Below, one piece after another: positions 24,812 to 37,740 of a stretch of DNA of 64,000 nt. Origin of the DNA: Heteronotia binoei (Eukaryota); the NCBI RefSeq assembly GCF_032191835.1, contig NC_083231.1, positions 8,618,001 through 8,682,000 of the forward strand, read 5' to 3'. Below the pieces are notes generated by a model that was not told where the DNA came from, ran no database searches, and saw nothing but the letters and a program-made list of their open reading frames with translations. Position 1 is the stretch's first letter, and each line of letters opens with the position of its first letter. The translations under genes were made by a program, and so were the position numbers.

Positions 24812-25529
24812 TAATTCTATATGACTACTGTGATGAGAGGCTAAGCGTGTAACAGTGTAATGAAATTTTCTTTTATTTGAATTCTACAGTGACAAGCAGA
24901 ATGTATTCTATTTTTCTTTACAGATGTATTATTACTTTTCTATTTCCATTTTCCCTTTTCCCTCTTCTTTCTTGAAAATAAAAATTTCATACGACATAAA
25001 AACTACTCTGTCTGCAATCCACTGCCACTTTGCCGCCTAACTCACTCTTCCCTAGATCCTGCCAAAGCCCACAGAGCTTTTATAATAGGAAACCACACAT
25101 TTATTAATAAATATATATATATACAAGAACACTTGCAGTGTTTCAGATAAATTCCATTTTTGCCAAAGCTAGAAGATTTATCCTGCAATTGAAACTGGGT
25201 GTGTGTGTCTGTATAAATGTTCTCATCCGTTTCAAAAAAGGAAGAGAAGGAGCAAAATATCCAAAGAACAAAATGAGTTCAACATGTCTATATTAACGCA
25301 CTAAGACATCACAATTAAAAGAGGTAATATATATTTTAAGAATTTTTAGCAACAGAGCTAATTAATTTTAAGCTATCTCAACTGCATGGGGGGGGGGGAA
25401 TAAAGATTACGTAGAAAAATACCTGGGGAAAATATTTAGTTTGGGGAACTCATAATCAAAAATAAGTCAGAATCTAAAGGAGCTCCTTTAAGCATCCTGT
25501 GTTCTTGGAGCCCTGATTCGGATATTCAC

Positions 25530-25695
25530 GGTAGCCCAATCCCACCAGATCTGGAATATAAGAAGAGCCAGCCCTGGTTAGTATTTGCATGGGAGAACAC
25601 CAGTGAAGTCCAAGGTTGCTACACAGAAGCAGGCATTAGCAAACCACCCCTGTTCACCTCTTGCCTTGCAAAACTTTAGGGGCCACCATAACTCA
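25530..25695 (+). mobile_element. 5S rRNA-derived SINE (other copies near 28415, 42690, 48060-48245 minus, 50590, 54340 minus)
   Basis: gccc.atc..gatct.gaa..taag...ccctggttagta..t.gatgggaga resembles the 5S internal promoter, followed by an RTE-like gcaaaccacc tail. Confidence 0.7.
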
Positions 25696-25696
25696 A

Positions 25697-26030
25697 AAGA
25701 AGAAGAAGATATTGGATTTATATCCCACCCTCCACTCCGAAGAAGTGGAGAAGAAGATGATACGGGATTTATATCCCGCCCTCCACTCCGAAGAGTCTCA
25801 GAGCGGCTCACAATCTCCTTTCCCTTCCTCCCCCACAACAGACACCCTGTGAGGTGGGTGGGGCTGGAGAGGGCTCTCACAGCAGCTGCCCATTCAAGGA
25901 CAACCTCTGCCAGAGCTATGGCTGACCCAAGGCCATGCTAGCAGGTGCAAGTGAAGGAGTGGGAAATCAAACCCGGTTCTCCCAGATAAGAGTCCGCACA
26001 CTTAACCACTACACCAAACTGGCTCTCCAG
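25697..26030 (-). mobile_element. Squam3-like SINE with duplicated tail
   Basis: Head at 26028; tail repeated at 25700-25745 and 25746-25800. Confidence 0.88.
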
Positions 26031-26493
26031 TGGGTCTAAATAATGAAATAACTGGTGCTGTAGCTAGCTTTGACTTGACAGTACTTTCCACCACCACGAC
26101 AACCCTGGAACATAACAAACTGCCCTTATAATTTCCTTGCCTTTAAAGAGCTGTTATCCTAGTGCAACAGGAAGCTATCAGTTCAGAAACAAGCCCAAAA
26201 CCCCGTAGGTACACAAAACTAGTTGCCAAATTATTTGGATCACAGAAGATAAACAAACTAATTGACTGACCACCATCCCAATCTGATTGACCAAAATGAA
26301 AGCATGAAACAGATGAACTTCATGACTCGTAAACGTGAATTTTATAACAGGTAAAGATCTGCATGTTTATGATGTGAAACTTCTCAAGACATTGATCTAT
26401 ATAATCTGGTAGGAGTAATGTGAGGTATGAACTATGTGACACAATTTTTGTAAAATTATCACAAACTTTCCCTGATTATAGATACCTTTAAGA

Positions 26494-27037
26494 CAGGGGT
26501 GGGGAACCTCCATCCCGAGGGCCAAATACGGCCCTCGAGGTCACTTGGTGTGGCCATCGGGGATTGCTGGGCTGAACTGAGCCATGTGGCAGCCTCTCTG
26601 GGGCCTGGCTGGCCAGCAAGGATCGTGGAACCCAGCCGCGCTATGCAACAGCCTCCCCAGGGCCAGGCAGGGATCACAGGGCCCAGATGTACTGTGCGAC
26701 AGTCTCCCTGGGGCCTGGCTGGCTGGCTGGCCAGAATTGCTCCAGGGCCTGGAAGAGTTACTGTCACAGCTCAGTTTGCACTTGATTATCCCAGAGGGTG
26801 TGGCCTAATATGCTAATGAGTGTGTGACCTAATATGCTAATATTAGGGGATGTGGTCTAATATGCTACTGAGTTCCTGCTGGACAAGGGAAAAACAATTA
26901 TTTGCATTAATTTTGCTGGCCTGAATCATTCTCCCTCAGTGAAGCACTGTTTTTTAAGTTGATAATTTTTTATGGCCCGCGAATGATGTTATAAATATCC
27001 ATATGGCCCTTGGCAAAGAAAAGGTTTCCTACCCCTG
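26494..27037. mobile_element. hAT-Charlie-like MITE
   Basis: caggggtggggaacc / ggtttcctacccctg; perfect TSD CTTTAAGA. Confidence 0.88.
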
Positions 27038-28485
27038 CTTTAAGAGGTAAGCAGTGTTATTCCATGTAATAACAGTATTTACTTCCTCTACATTGTTCCT
27101 TTCTCCTCAACAAGAACCCCAAGCAACTTAAATCATTCTCCACTGGTTGGTTTCACTTCCTCCTGTTTCCAAGAAGAGGGAAGTGAAATGGACTGGGGAA
27201 ATGGCTGCTAGCCATTTCAGCCTACCAGCTGATGGGCACGCCCACCCCCTTGTTAAGTTTAAATGGCTGCCAGTCATTTCACTGGTCAATTTTGCAAAAC
27301 AGACGTGAGAAGTGGTTGCCAGCCATTTTGGACTGACAGCTGACAGACACATCGGCCCCACTGTTAGGCTGAAATGGCTGACAGCTATTTAAACTTAACA
27401 GCAGGGCGGATCCACCCATCAACTGTTACGCTGAAATGGCTAGCAACCATTTAACCTGTCCTGTTTTGCAGGGGAAGCGAAACGAACAGGTTAAATGGCT
27501 GCCAGCCATTTAAGCCTCCCTTGGCAATTCCTCCCCTTTCTCCCAGCAACAGAAAAAGGGGGACCCAAACTGACAATTTCAGAGCATTTCTTTGTTCAGC
27601 TTGAAGACTGTCCTGAAATGGAATTTTTAGGTTCGTGCCCATCCCTAAATCCTCAGAGTTGGTTAGGCTGCAAGACAGTAACTGACCCAAGGTCACCCCA
27701 ACAAATTTCCATGGCAGATCAGGGATTCAAGCCCAGGTCTCCTAGATTCTGACATTCTAACTACTACACCACACTTAAGCACAAACATAAAGAACAACAG
27801 TGAGACCCGCAACCCAGCACCATTGTTTCCCATAGCTACAGCACCAGAGCTGTACCTTCAGTCCCATCAACTCAGGTCAGATGAAATACTTGCAACTAAT
27901 AGCTTCCAATAACAAAGAAGGAGAGGGAGAAAAGACAAGCATAGCCTTGCAAATAAGTTCACTGAAATGACAAACCCAGGCTCATTTCTGCCATCTTATC
28001 TCTTCACTGTGACACAGGAACAGCACGGAAGAACCAATGTTCCTTTAATTCACAGCAGCCGTCCTTACCTGGTCACTGGGAAGCCATTTTCACTCTCTTA
28101 CAAATAATAATTAAGAGGTTATTAAAAAGTGTGGCGCTGTGTCATACAAACAAATCCTTCTAGTGAAAAAGCAACAGGGAGAGAGCAACCCTATTTGCCC
28201 CTGTGCCATGAAGCTACCCAAGCCTCACCTGTCCAGTCAAGTGGCTGAGCTTACGTTTGCAGATATTTCTTTTTAGATCTGGTGACAGGAACCCTGCAAG
28301 GTGAACACAGGTGTGCAGCCTTCCTCTTTCAGGTGGCAATAGGGATTGTGAGCCCTACGCACAAACCTCAGAATTAAGCTGTAAAGATGGAGGACTCCCT
28401 GACCCGGACACCTCAGCCTAGCTTGATCTCGACAGATCCTGGAAACTAAGCAAGGTTGATTCTGGCCAGCATATGGATGGGAGAC

Positions 28486-28694
28486 ATATGGACATATGAA
28501 GCTGCCTTATACTGAATCAGACCCTTGGTCCATCAAAGTCAGTATTGTCTCCTCAGACTAGCAGCGGCTCTCCAGGGTCTCCATCTGAGGTTTTTCACAC
28601 CTATTAGCCTGGACCCTTTTTTGGAGATGCCAGGGATTGAACCTGGGACCTTCTGCTTACCAAGCAGATGCTCTACCACTGAGCCACCGTCCCT
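28486..28694 (-). mobile_element. tRNA(Ala)-like SINE with CR1-type tail, nested in a 5S-derived SINE
   Basis: Head gggacggtggctcagtggtagagc...ggttcaatccctggcatctcca; tail ggtctgattcagtataaggcagcttcatatgtccatatg. Confidence 0.85.
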
Positions 28695-29474
28695 CCCCTA
28701 AGACCCCCAAGGACAGCCCAGGATAGCCTGATCTCATCAGAGCTCAGGAAGGATGTCCCCAGCACAAACTAATTTATGCAGCAGCCAAACTGCTTACTCA
28801 CAACTTTAATGCCAGTAGCCCATCACGTAGAATTTCTGCTCACAGGAATCCACAGCTTAGAGGGAGCATTGGTGGCAACTGGATGGAAAGTCTCCATAAA
28901 CTGCAGCTACTAGAAATCTGAACATTCCTATTAAGTTTATTCAACCTCTGCACAGCTAGCTGTTCTGTGCTACAACAAGAAGAAAAAAAAAACACCTGAG
29001 TCAATTCCTCCAAAGAACCTGATGCTACCATTAGTAAATAAGCAAGCAGCTTGGTGTTATTATGTTGTCGAATGGGGCTTTCTCACATTTGACAACAAAA
29101 GAGGACATTCTGGGTGGATTTACATTGAGTCACTTTAAAACTCACTCATTAATACTAAAGTAAATATTGTGGCTCAATCTACTGCAGCACAAACCGTACC
29201 TTTCACAACTCAGATTAAGAGGAGACCGTTAGTTTGACTTAACAGTCATGTACCCGTACACACACCATTGTGCATAGAACATCCTGTGTGATGTGGTGTG
29301 GACATTTGAAAGAAGAGATGGCTAGAGACTTAGGTGTAAAGGGAGAATGTGGGCTAGCTATTGAGGAGGCACAAAAGAGCAGCACTGGTTGTGGGAATGC
29401 TTTGGGGAATGCTGGGACAGTAAGTGGAAAAAGTGGCGCTAACCAAGGCGGAAATTTCTGATCATGTAAGATTT

Positions 29475-30046
29475 AGGGACTAGCAAAGCTTTACTCTGCT
29501 CTGGTAAGACCTCACCTGGAGTATTGTGTTCAGTTTTGGGCACCACATTTTAAGAAGGATATAGACAAGCTACAATGGATCCAGAGGAGGGCAACGAAGA
29601 TGGCAAGGGGTCTGGAGACCAAGTCCTATGAAGAAAGGTTGAAGGAGCTGGGCATGTTTAGCCTGAAGAGGCGGCAGCTGAGAGGTGATATGATCACCAT
29701 CTTCAAGTACTTGAAGGGCTGTCATATAGAGGATGGTGTGGAATTGTTTTCTGTGGCCCCGGAAGGTAGGACCAGAACCAATGGGTTGAAATTAAATCCA
29801 AAGAGTTTTTGACTCAACATCAGGAAGAACTTCCTGATCGTCAGAGCGATTCCTCAGTGGAACAGGCTTCCTCGGGAGGTGGTGGGCTCACCTTCCTTGG
29901 AGGTTTTTAAACAGAGGCTGGAGGGCCATCTGACAGCAATGAAGATCCTGTGAATTTAGAGGGGAGGTGTTTGTGAGTTTCCTGCATTGTGCAGGGGGTT
30001 GGATTAGATGACCCTAGAGGTCCCTTCCAACTCTATGATTCTATGA
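29475..30046 (+). mobile_element. CR1 LINE 3' fragment, (ATTCTATG)n family
   Basis: [13 protein letters not shown]...[13 protein letters not shown]...; ends ctctatgattctatga. Confidence 0.92.
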
Positions 30047-31431
30047 AAGCTTGCAGTGAGATGCAACAACATCACAATGTCAAAGGCATTCAGACTCTTC
30101 TGTCTTGTTTCCTGCAGGGGGCCCAATGAAGTTCCAGTTTTTACGTGCTTCTAGAAATCATTCCTTTTACTTATAATCAGGCTTTCTCACTGAGACTGAA
30201 AGCACATTGCAAAAACTACATTAAAACTAGTCTATAGATTTTAAAATTCAGCTCATACCTGCCAAAGAGAGTTACCGTAAATTTTTACATTTGGGATCTT
30301 TAAGTGAAGTCCACCATGGGCTGGGTATCAGATACCCAACAGAAATCGTCATAACGGCATTATACTAGTCCTTGGTCTTTCAGTTTAGGCAATGGTAGCA
30401 ACTAAAGGTATAAAGGCTAAGTGAAAATATTCTCGTTGGAATGATGAAATGCTTTAAGGAAAGCTATTAAAATTGTTATAGATGCTCTTTCTTCCCTCAA
30501 CATTTTAATAATTACACAAGACAAAACACAGCCTTAGGCAATAATATCACAGACATACATCTCTCAGACCTCTAACTTCCTTCAAATTCCTCCATTTTTG
30601 GCAACATGTAGAAGAAACTATCTCCATTTCCATTTATTAACAGGTTTGTCTACAGGTTTTTAAACAAGATAGCTCAGGACTTTTTAAAGACAATATACAA
30701 TCTGTGCTTTGAAACCTAGACACTAAAAGATATAAAACCAACACGAGAAAGAAGAGAGAAATTCATTTCAGCCCATGCAAATCCTGAATCTCCTGAAGTC
30801 CATGGAGTTAAAATGGAGAGATTAGAATGCAAAACTACTGTTCTTGTGGAAAGTAATTTTGATAAAATGAAATTTTTTGAGTAATATGTCGAAAGACCAT
30901 TTACCATTTAAAAGAAAAGCGGATAATGCTGTCACCATTTATTGCAACACTTTTGTGTGAGGCTGGATTATTTAAAAATATTGATATCCCACCTTATCTC
31001 CTTATCGAGGCAACTAACAATGAAGCAAGTTCCAAGGACACAAAGGTAAGCCCATTTACAAGATTAAAAAAACAAAATGCAAGGGCTAGAAATGCATTTT
31101 GTCCCTTGCGAGAAACTATAGGCAAGAAATGGGACTGCAGTTTGATGTCTCCACAGCCAGGTGGTGCCCTCCTCCCTCAGTCCAGAGGCTTCCATTACTG
31201 TGTCGCTTACAGTTTAGAAATTCTGGAGTCAAACTATAAATCCAAAGAATTTGAAATCACATTAACTGGAGAAACGCCCCCAAGAAAGCAACACCAAGAA
31301 AACACAGAAGAACAGCCAAACACGGTAGTAACCTGTGCTTGCAACAAAGATTTAAGAACAGGAATTTATTCCCAGTTAGGATGAAAGTCCTCCTAAATGC
31401 TTAACTCAGGAGAGGAGAGGATGCTCTCTAT

Positions 31432-31694
31432 GACTGATTCCCCACTAGCCTCATGCCGCTCTCACTCTCCTCTTCTCCGCAGGGCTTCTGTCGGATTTCA
31501 CGCTATCTGCCCCCGGGGCTGCAACTCACTCCAGTTTTTTCATGCAGCAGACAAGATCCTCTAAAAACCGGTTTGTTTGCAGCGTAAAAAAGGCAAAGCA
31601 AGTTGCAGCCTTGGGGCAGATAGTGTGAAACCTGACGGAGGCCCTGCAGAGAAGAGGAGGGTGAGAGCAGCATAAGGCTAGTGGGGAATCTGTC
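31432..31694. mobile_element. Palindromic Harbinger-like MITE
   Basis: TIR gactgattccccacta / tagtggggaatctgtc; TAT on both sides. Confidence 0.8.
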
Positions 31695-31944
31695 TATGTC
31701 TCCAAACAGAATGAACCTTCACGGCAAGTTCACTGTGCTATTCTAGCTTGGAGGATGGAAGGTGCTCTTGCGGACGGATTGCCCGGAAGCTGTGACCTCC
31801 GTTTAAGGAGACTTTGCCATATACCACTTCAACCAGATAGCATGCAGAAGGACTCTCCAACTGAAAGGCACATCAGGCAAGAATGCTGAGCCAATTCTGT
31901 AGCATCTCACACATGCCAATCCTGATCCCCAAAAGGCAAGCCTC

Positions 31945-32100
31945 TTAATTTGGAGCCTTCACATTGAAGTGTGTAGCCGCTGTGCTTCTGACTGAATGCG
32001 CCATGAGGTCTCCTGGAACCTTGACTCCTTTCTGCTCTGAGGCTTTCCCTATAGATTCCCAGAGCCATTTCCTCAGATATGTTTCAGTTGTCTTCCTGCC
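31945..32100 (-). pseudogene. DIRS-like tyrosine recombinase relic
   Basis: Hand translation GRKTTETYLRKWLWESIGKASEQKGVKVPGDLMAHSVRSTAATHFNVKAP with the AHSxR catalytic motif. Confidence 0.55.
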
Positions 32101-32469
32101 CTTATGATTCCCTAAAATTTAACAGTGCAGAGGTGCAAATACATAAAGTGCTATGTAGATCCAGTAACTGCCAGAACCTCTCATCAGGATGTGTTGAGTT
32201 GGAGAAGAGGCAGAAGGACAGTAGACAAATCTCTTGGAATCATGACTGATCTTTTCACAGCACCGCTTTATCCTTGTGGGAAAACAAAAACCTTTAGTCC
32301 AACTCTAATAGATAATGCACCCTCTGCCCAAAAAAACATGAGAAGCAGTAACAGACACTTCCCTGAGGGGTTCAAACAGGCTGCATTATAACCTGCAAAA
32401 TAACATGGAGACCCCAGGACTTGAACTAATGCTGAGCTGGGGGTGGAGGTGCTATTCCCGTCTCAGGGA

Positions 32470-32960
32470 TTTATTTATTCCATTAAATTTCTAGACTGCC
32501 CTCCCTTGCAGGACAGGGCTCGGGGCAGTGCATACAACAGCAAAAACACATTCATAATTAAAACACACAGTTAAAACAATAAGATATAACAATACTCCTG
32601 GTGAGATGGCACAAGACTACGCCAGATTGTGCTGGTGCCCCAACAGAGGGAGGGCAGGGAACAGGAGTGTAAAAGCAGATGGAAACCATCACTGTCTTCA
32701 ATTAAATGCCTGGAGGAACATCTCTGCCTTGAAGGCCCAGCAGAACTGCATTAGGTCCCGCAGGTCATGGTGTTATTCGGCAGAGAGTTCCACCAGGTTG
32801 GAGCCAAGGCTGAAAGTGGCCTGGCTGTGGTCAAGGACACTTAGATGCCTCTCTGATCACTAACAGGTTCTTATCAGCAGAATGCAATGTTCTACAGGGG
32901 ATATATCAAGAGAGGTGGTCTCTAAGATATGTGGGTCTCTGACAGTTTAGGGCCTTAAAG
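32470..32960 (-). mobile_element. Decayed L2 LINE 3' fragment
   Basis: ggcagtctagaaattt tail and decayed TFKALN-like coding end. Confidence 0.6.
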
Positions 32961-33437
32961 GTTAACACCAGAATGGCTTTACATGAGAGTGTTTAGAAAG
33001 AAGTAGACCACTAAATGGTGTATGAATGTAAGCCAGCACTACAGTCTGCCTTCAGATGGTGTTAACGTTTGAGTCCTTGGATCAGCTCCTCCTGCAAGAA
33101 CAAAAGGATCTGGAGGAAAGCACAGGTCCCAAGACTCCTTTGCTTTCCACACCAGCACAAAAGAGCTTCCCAGGAAGTGCCATAAATCCTGGGGATAGCC
33201 TGGATGCTTGCATAACCTTAGCAACATCACCACAAAACCCTGCAGACGTCAGGAAATCCTGTAGCCTTTCACTCTTCAGATGGTCTGTCTTCACCAACCT
33301 GATGCAGCACGGCTGGAAATACTGGAATGTGCCAAGGTTGCTGTGCAGATTTTTCCAGGAAACTGAGAAACCAGTCCTTTTCTGGCCAATGAGACACCAC
33401 GGCTGATAACAGACGGGCAATGTGCGTCGGATTAGGG

Positions 33438-33655
33438 AGGGATGGTGGCTCAGCGGTAGAGCATCTGCTTGGTAAGCAGAAGGTCCCAGGTTCAATCCTT
33501 GGCATCTCCAATTAAAAAGGGTCCCGGCAAGTAGGTGTAAAAAACCTCAGCATGAGACCCTGGAGAGCCGCTGCCACTCTGAGTAGACAGTACTGACTTT
33601 GACGGACGCAGGGTCTGATTCAATATAAGGCAGCTAGCTCCATATGTTCATATAT
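33438..33655 (+). mobile_element. tRNA(Ala)-like SINE with CR1-type tail
   Basis: Same family as 28486-28694; decayed copies near 16990-17080 and 41975-42170. Confidence 0.85.
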
Positions 33656-34705
33656 GCTCGTATGTGTTTCAAATTGGGCCAGCTCAAAAAGAGCCATCCC
33701 AAAGCTTCCACACACTCACCCACAAGCCATCCCTATCCCGTCCACGGGGTGACACAGGAACAATCAGACAGCCGCTGAGCACCATTCCTGTCCCTCAGTT
33801 TGGGTTTTCCCTCATACATTTTTACTAGTCATGCGCTAATGCCCAAAGTGCTGGTGTGTAAGCAGCCCACTAGTATCAGTTCAGCTCATGACTTTCCTTA
33901 TGAACTGCAAATCACTGCTGTGGATGCAGAAGCACCTGACCAGGGGGCAATCAGCATACTGATCTGCTGCACCTGAGCATGCCAGTTGACTGGCCAGGTA
34001 AACGGGCCCACCTGCTGGTCACCCTCCCGGAAGATCTTTTGCTGGAAAGCCATTCAGATGGATCTGAGATCCGATAGCTAATTCAGTCTGCTTCCACACA
34101 GAGGACTCTAACCATGTGCTGTGCCTGAAGACAGATAGAGTTCCGTTCAGTTCACAGTCTAAAGAACTTTATTCACAACAGATCCGCACCTTGGCAGTAA
34201 TACTATTCCTCTTGAGGCACACATCTCCGTTCCCGATGGCTGACTGGAAGTGCTTTGTGGCCCAGGGGACTGCTCCAGCCAACTGAAGCTCTTGCTTCAT
34301 TCATTTTGGGTCCACAGCCCTTGAGCAAGCTCATCTTGAAGACTCTGCCCTCCTCCCGGTAAGCTTGTATCTACTGTGAACTAGATGAATTCCTGGATCT
34401 GAAAAGGCTTCTCCTCAACCAGGGTATGATCTACTGTGCAACAATGCACATTTCTCTCGGAGACTGAAGTACTCTCAACCTTAGGTGAGACTTGTAGGCA
34501 ATCAGATACTGAAAGGAAACTAAGTCCTCTTGAGTTTGCCCCCACCTTCAGGAAAGAGTCAACGCTATCCTAGGCTACTCAGAAAGGAATGATGTAAATA
34601 GTAAAAGGGTATTGTTGGCACATATTAAATTGGAGGAATCACAAGCGGTTGAGCCCAAGATGATGTAACTGATGGTGTAAACTATTATTTATTCTTATTT
34701 ATTCA

Positions 34706-35270
34706 GTGCGGGAGCTGCACTGGCTGCCAATTGTGTACCGAGTTCGTTACAAGGTGCTGGTCATTACCTTTAAAGCCCTATATGGCCGAGGACCTGCCTA
34801 CCTTAGGGACTGCCTCTCTCCATATGTTCCCCTGAGAGCACTGAGATCCAGTTCCCAAAACCTACTACGAATCCCTGGACCAAGGGAGGCCAGACTGAAA
34901 ATAACAAGGGAGCAGGCCTTCTCCCCAATGGTGGAATCAACTACCAGAGGAGGTGCGAGCCCTGCGAGACCTAAATCAGTTTCGCAGGGCTTGCAAAACC
35001 ATCCTCTATCAACTCGCGTTTAAGATGGAACCCGGAAATGACACCTAGCCAACTTATACATATATTGAACTGTGGCACTTTATTTTGTAGCTGTTAATAA
35101 TCTTAATTGTTTATTTAATTTAATTGAATGTATTTAACTATTTTAATTGTCTTTTATTGTAATGACTGGATTTTAGTGTAATCATAGTGTAAACCATGTC
35201 ATGTAAGCCGCTCTGAGCCCGCTTTGGCGGGGGAGGGCGGGATATAAGAATAAAATTATTATTATTATTA
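34706..35270 (+). mobile_element. L2 LINE 3' fragment
   Basis: LHWLPIVYRVRYKVLVITFKALYGRGPAYLRDCLSPYVPLRALRSS; (ATT)n tail. Confidence 0.88.
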
Positions 35271-35506
35271 TGTATGAGTGTATATGGGGATAAAACTGGT
35301 ACTGACATCTGTTGCAGGGTTTGGTTCCCAGGGATGGGTCTCTGTTGGGTCCTCTGCTGTTGGTTAGAAGGTGTTTTAAATTGGAGGTGAGGAAGACCAT
35401 CAGAGATAGGAGAGATATCCTCATTCAGGAGAGAGTGTATATATTCCTATGCAGGAAAGGCGGCTGGCCATTGATGATATATTGAAGTGATTTAAGTTGT
35501 GGGCTG

Positions 35507-35700
35507 CAATGTTTCCTCTAAGCTGCAGAGTCCTGTGAGCAAAAATTCTACTTGGTGAGCTACTGGCATTAAAGTTGTGAGCTACTGCACGAATTAGTGT
35601 GCTCTGGGGTCATCCTTCCTGAGCTAAGACAAAAATGTGTGAGCTGGAGGCTAAAAATCTCTGAGCCAGCTCATGCTAACTCAGCTTGGAGGGAACACTG
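35507..35700. mobile_element. hAT MITE
   Basis: TIR caatgtttcctctaagctg / cagcttggagggaacactg; TSD GTGGGCTG / ATGGGCTG. Confidence 0.88.
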
Positions 35701-36117
35701 ATGGGCTGTAAGTAACAACCAGTGGTATTCAGTTACCTATTCTGTAGCAGGTTGGTTCTGGATATCATTCTGCTCCTTTACTATACAGAACTGTAAACCA
35801 CAAAATGTGTTTTGTGAATCCTCCAGGTGAGAGTCCATGTCTGCAAGGACAGAGCAAATGTTATTCTAATGAAGCACTCAAGTGTAGACTATGGATTGTT
35901 TTACATGTTCCAGGTGACAGCTGGATACATGCGGGTATTTGATGGTCAGTGGGTTTTCAGTGGGAGTTGACTGTTCACTGAAAAGTTTCACAGTCGTGTC
36001 CAAGAAATGAATGTGTTGCAAGGACTGGTCTATGTCATGATAAGGTTGATCTTAAAGTCCTGGTGAAATTTTCAAGAGCTTTCTTCTCATGCACCCAGAG
36101 AAAGAAAATGTCATCAG

Positions 36118-36291
36118 CAGTGTCCCCTCTAAGCTGAGTTAGTGTGAGCTAGCTCATAGCTTTTTAGCCTCTGACTCACACATTTTTGTCTTAGCTCAGG
36201 AAAAATGGCCCCAGAGCACACTACTTTAATATCAGTAGCTCACGAAGTAGAACTTTTGCTTACAAGTCTCCACAGCTTAGAGGGAGCATTG
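36118..36291. mobile_element. hAT MITE, same family, opposite orientation
   Basis: Perfect TSD GTCATCAG. Confidence 0.88.
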
Positions 36292-37534
36292 GTCATCAGT
36301 AAATCTTAACTACAGGGCAGGAGTCAATGATCGTTGCTCTTAAGTCAGCCATGAAACCTTGCATATTACAGTGCCATGTGGGTGGGCCCATGGCTGCACT
36401 ATTAATCTGAAGGTATAAACCATTATCAAGTTGAAAGCAGCAGTGGATGAAGACAAATAAGCAAAGTTTGGTAGCTACATTTGCTGAGGCATTATCTGGG
36501 GATAACATTCCTAATGTCTTATGACTGATGTTGCTATACAGACTCAGCAGCTATGACTGCTAAGATGGTGTTTTCCAGGAGGCTGCCGATGGACCATAGC
36601 TCCCTCAGGAAATGAGCTGTCTCCTGCAAGTAATTTGGGGTGCTGATGGTATAAGTCTAAGGCTGAAGTCCATATAGCCAGTCATGCCTACAATGATAGT
36701 ACCAGCACCTGATATATACGGATGTCCCAGGTCTCCAGGTTCGTGCGTCTTCCTTTTAGCCTTGAATTTCAGCACCATCCAATAGCAATGCATTCTCAAC
36801 TACAAGGCACTCTGAGTATCACTTATCCTTTCATGGTCATGACGCCCACTCAAGCTGTCTCACAGGTGCAGTTCAAAGTTTTGTTTTTGCATTTTTGTTT
36901 GTTCTGAGGCCCAAATTTGTCACACAACTTTGAACCACTTCTGCTAAACCAGCTGACCTTTCTGTGACCGTGTCATCTCAGTCATTTCGTGGAGTTCATG
37001 AGCAGACAAATGTCACATCATAGCACTCTGTCAAGGCACAAGGGACAACAACCACTATGCCCCAGCTAACTTTTTTATCTTGCTACAAACAGGTTGTAAA
37101 GTCCAAGGCTCCATCTACGTAAATGGTTACTGCCGTGCTTCAAAACATCAATACAATGCTGGAGCATACGACTTCCCCCCCTTGCTTTGAGATGGGTACT
37201 TATTACCTTCCTGTTGCAATTCAACTATTTCCAGTGCTACATTATTTTCAGACTTACTGCTTGTTTAGTGCAACTGCTGATTCGCCAACTGCTCCAAGAT
37301 TTAGAAGGTAATAATCTAGCCTTAGCTATGTAACAACTGCTTTACAAAAAGCTGTGTTTATTTTTTCTGATGAAATTTACCATTTTGCAAAGACCATAAA
37401 AGTGACAGAACATGAAAGTTCATTTCTTCACGCCCATCCCAAGTTGTTTATGGAGAACACTTCTATCTATGTAATTGCTGCAGCAATTTGGGAAACAATT
37501 TTCTTTCCTTCATTGGAAACAAAAGTCACAGGGT

Positions 37535-37740
37535 ATTATTGGAACTCTGTCTGGAGAAGTGATGCTCTATATTCTTGGTGCTTGGGGGGGGGGGGGCACA
37601 GTGGGAGGGCTTCTAGTGTCCTGGCCCCACTGCTGGACCTCCTGATGGCACTTGGGTTTCTTGGCCACTGTGTGACACAGAGTGTTGGACTGGATGGGCC
37701 ATTGGCCTGATCCAACATGGCTTCTCTTTTGTTCTTATGT
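37535..37740 (+). mobile_element. CR1 3' end
   Basis: Stem-loop and gttcttatg tail. Confidence 0.85.

Larger units (their letters stand above)
35272..36530 (-). pseudogene. Decayed Penelope-like reverse transcriptase region, twice interrupted by hAT MITEs
   Basis: LYLQINSAAMG...FMADL and NLKHLLT...GTKPCNRC..PHIHS resemble the PLE RT and its linker. Confidence 0.65.

Noticed and set aside
25530-25610. 5S rRNA gene
   Set aside because: Partial and diverged, and continues into a LINE-like tail.
28069-28100. Alternative first exon (AUGGCUUCCCAGUGACCAG|GUAAGG)
   Set aside because: Good donor, but the ATG frame stops after four codons and there is no convincing acceptor or promoter.
33438-33512. 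tRNA gene
   Set aside because: Runs into a SINE body and tail and has several diverged copies.
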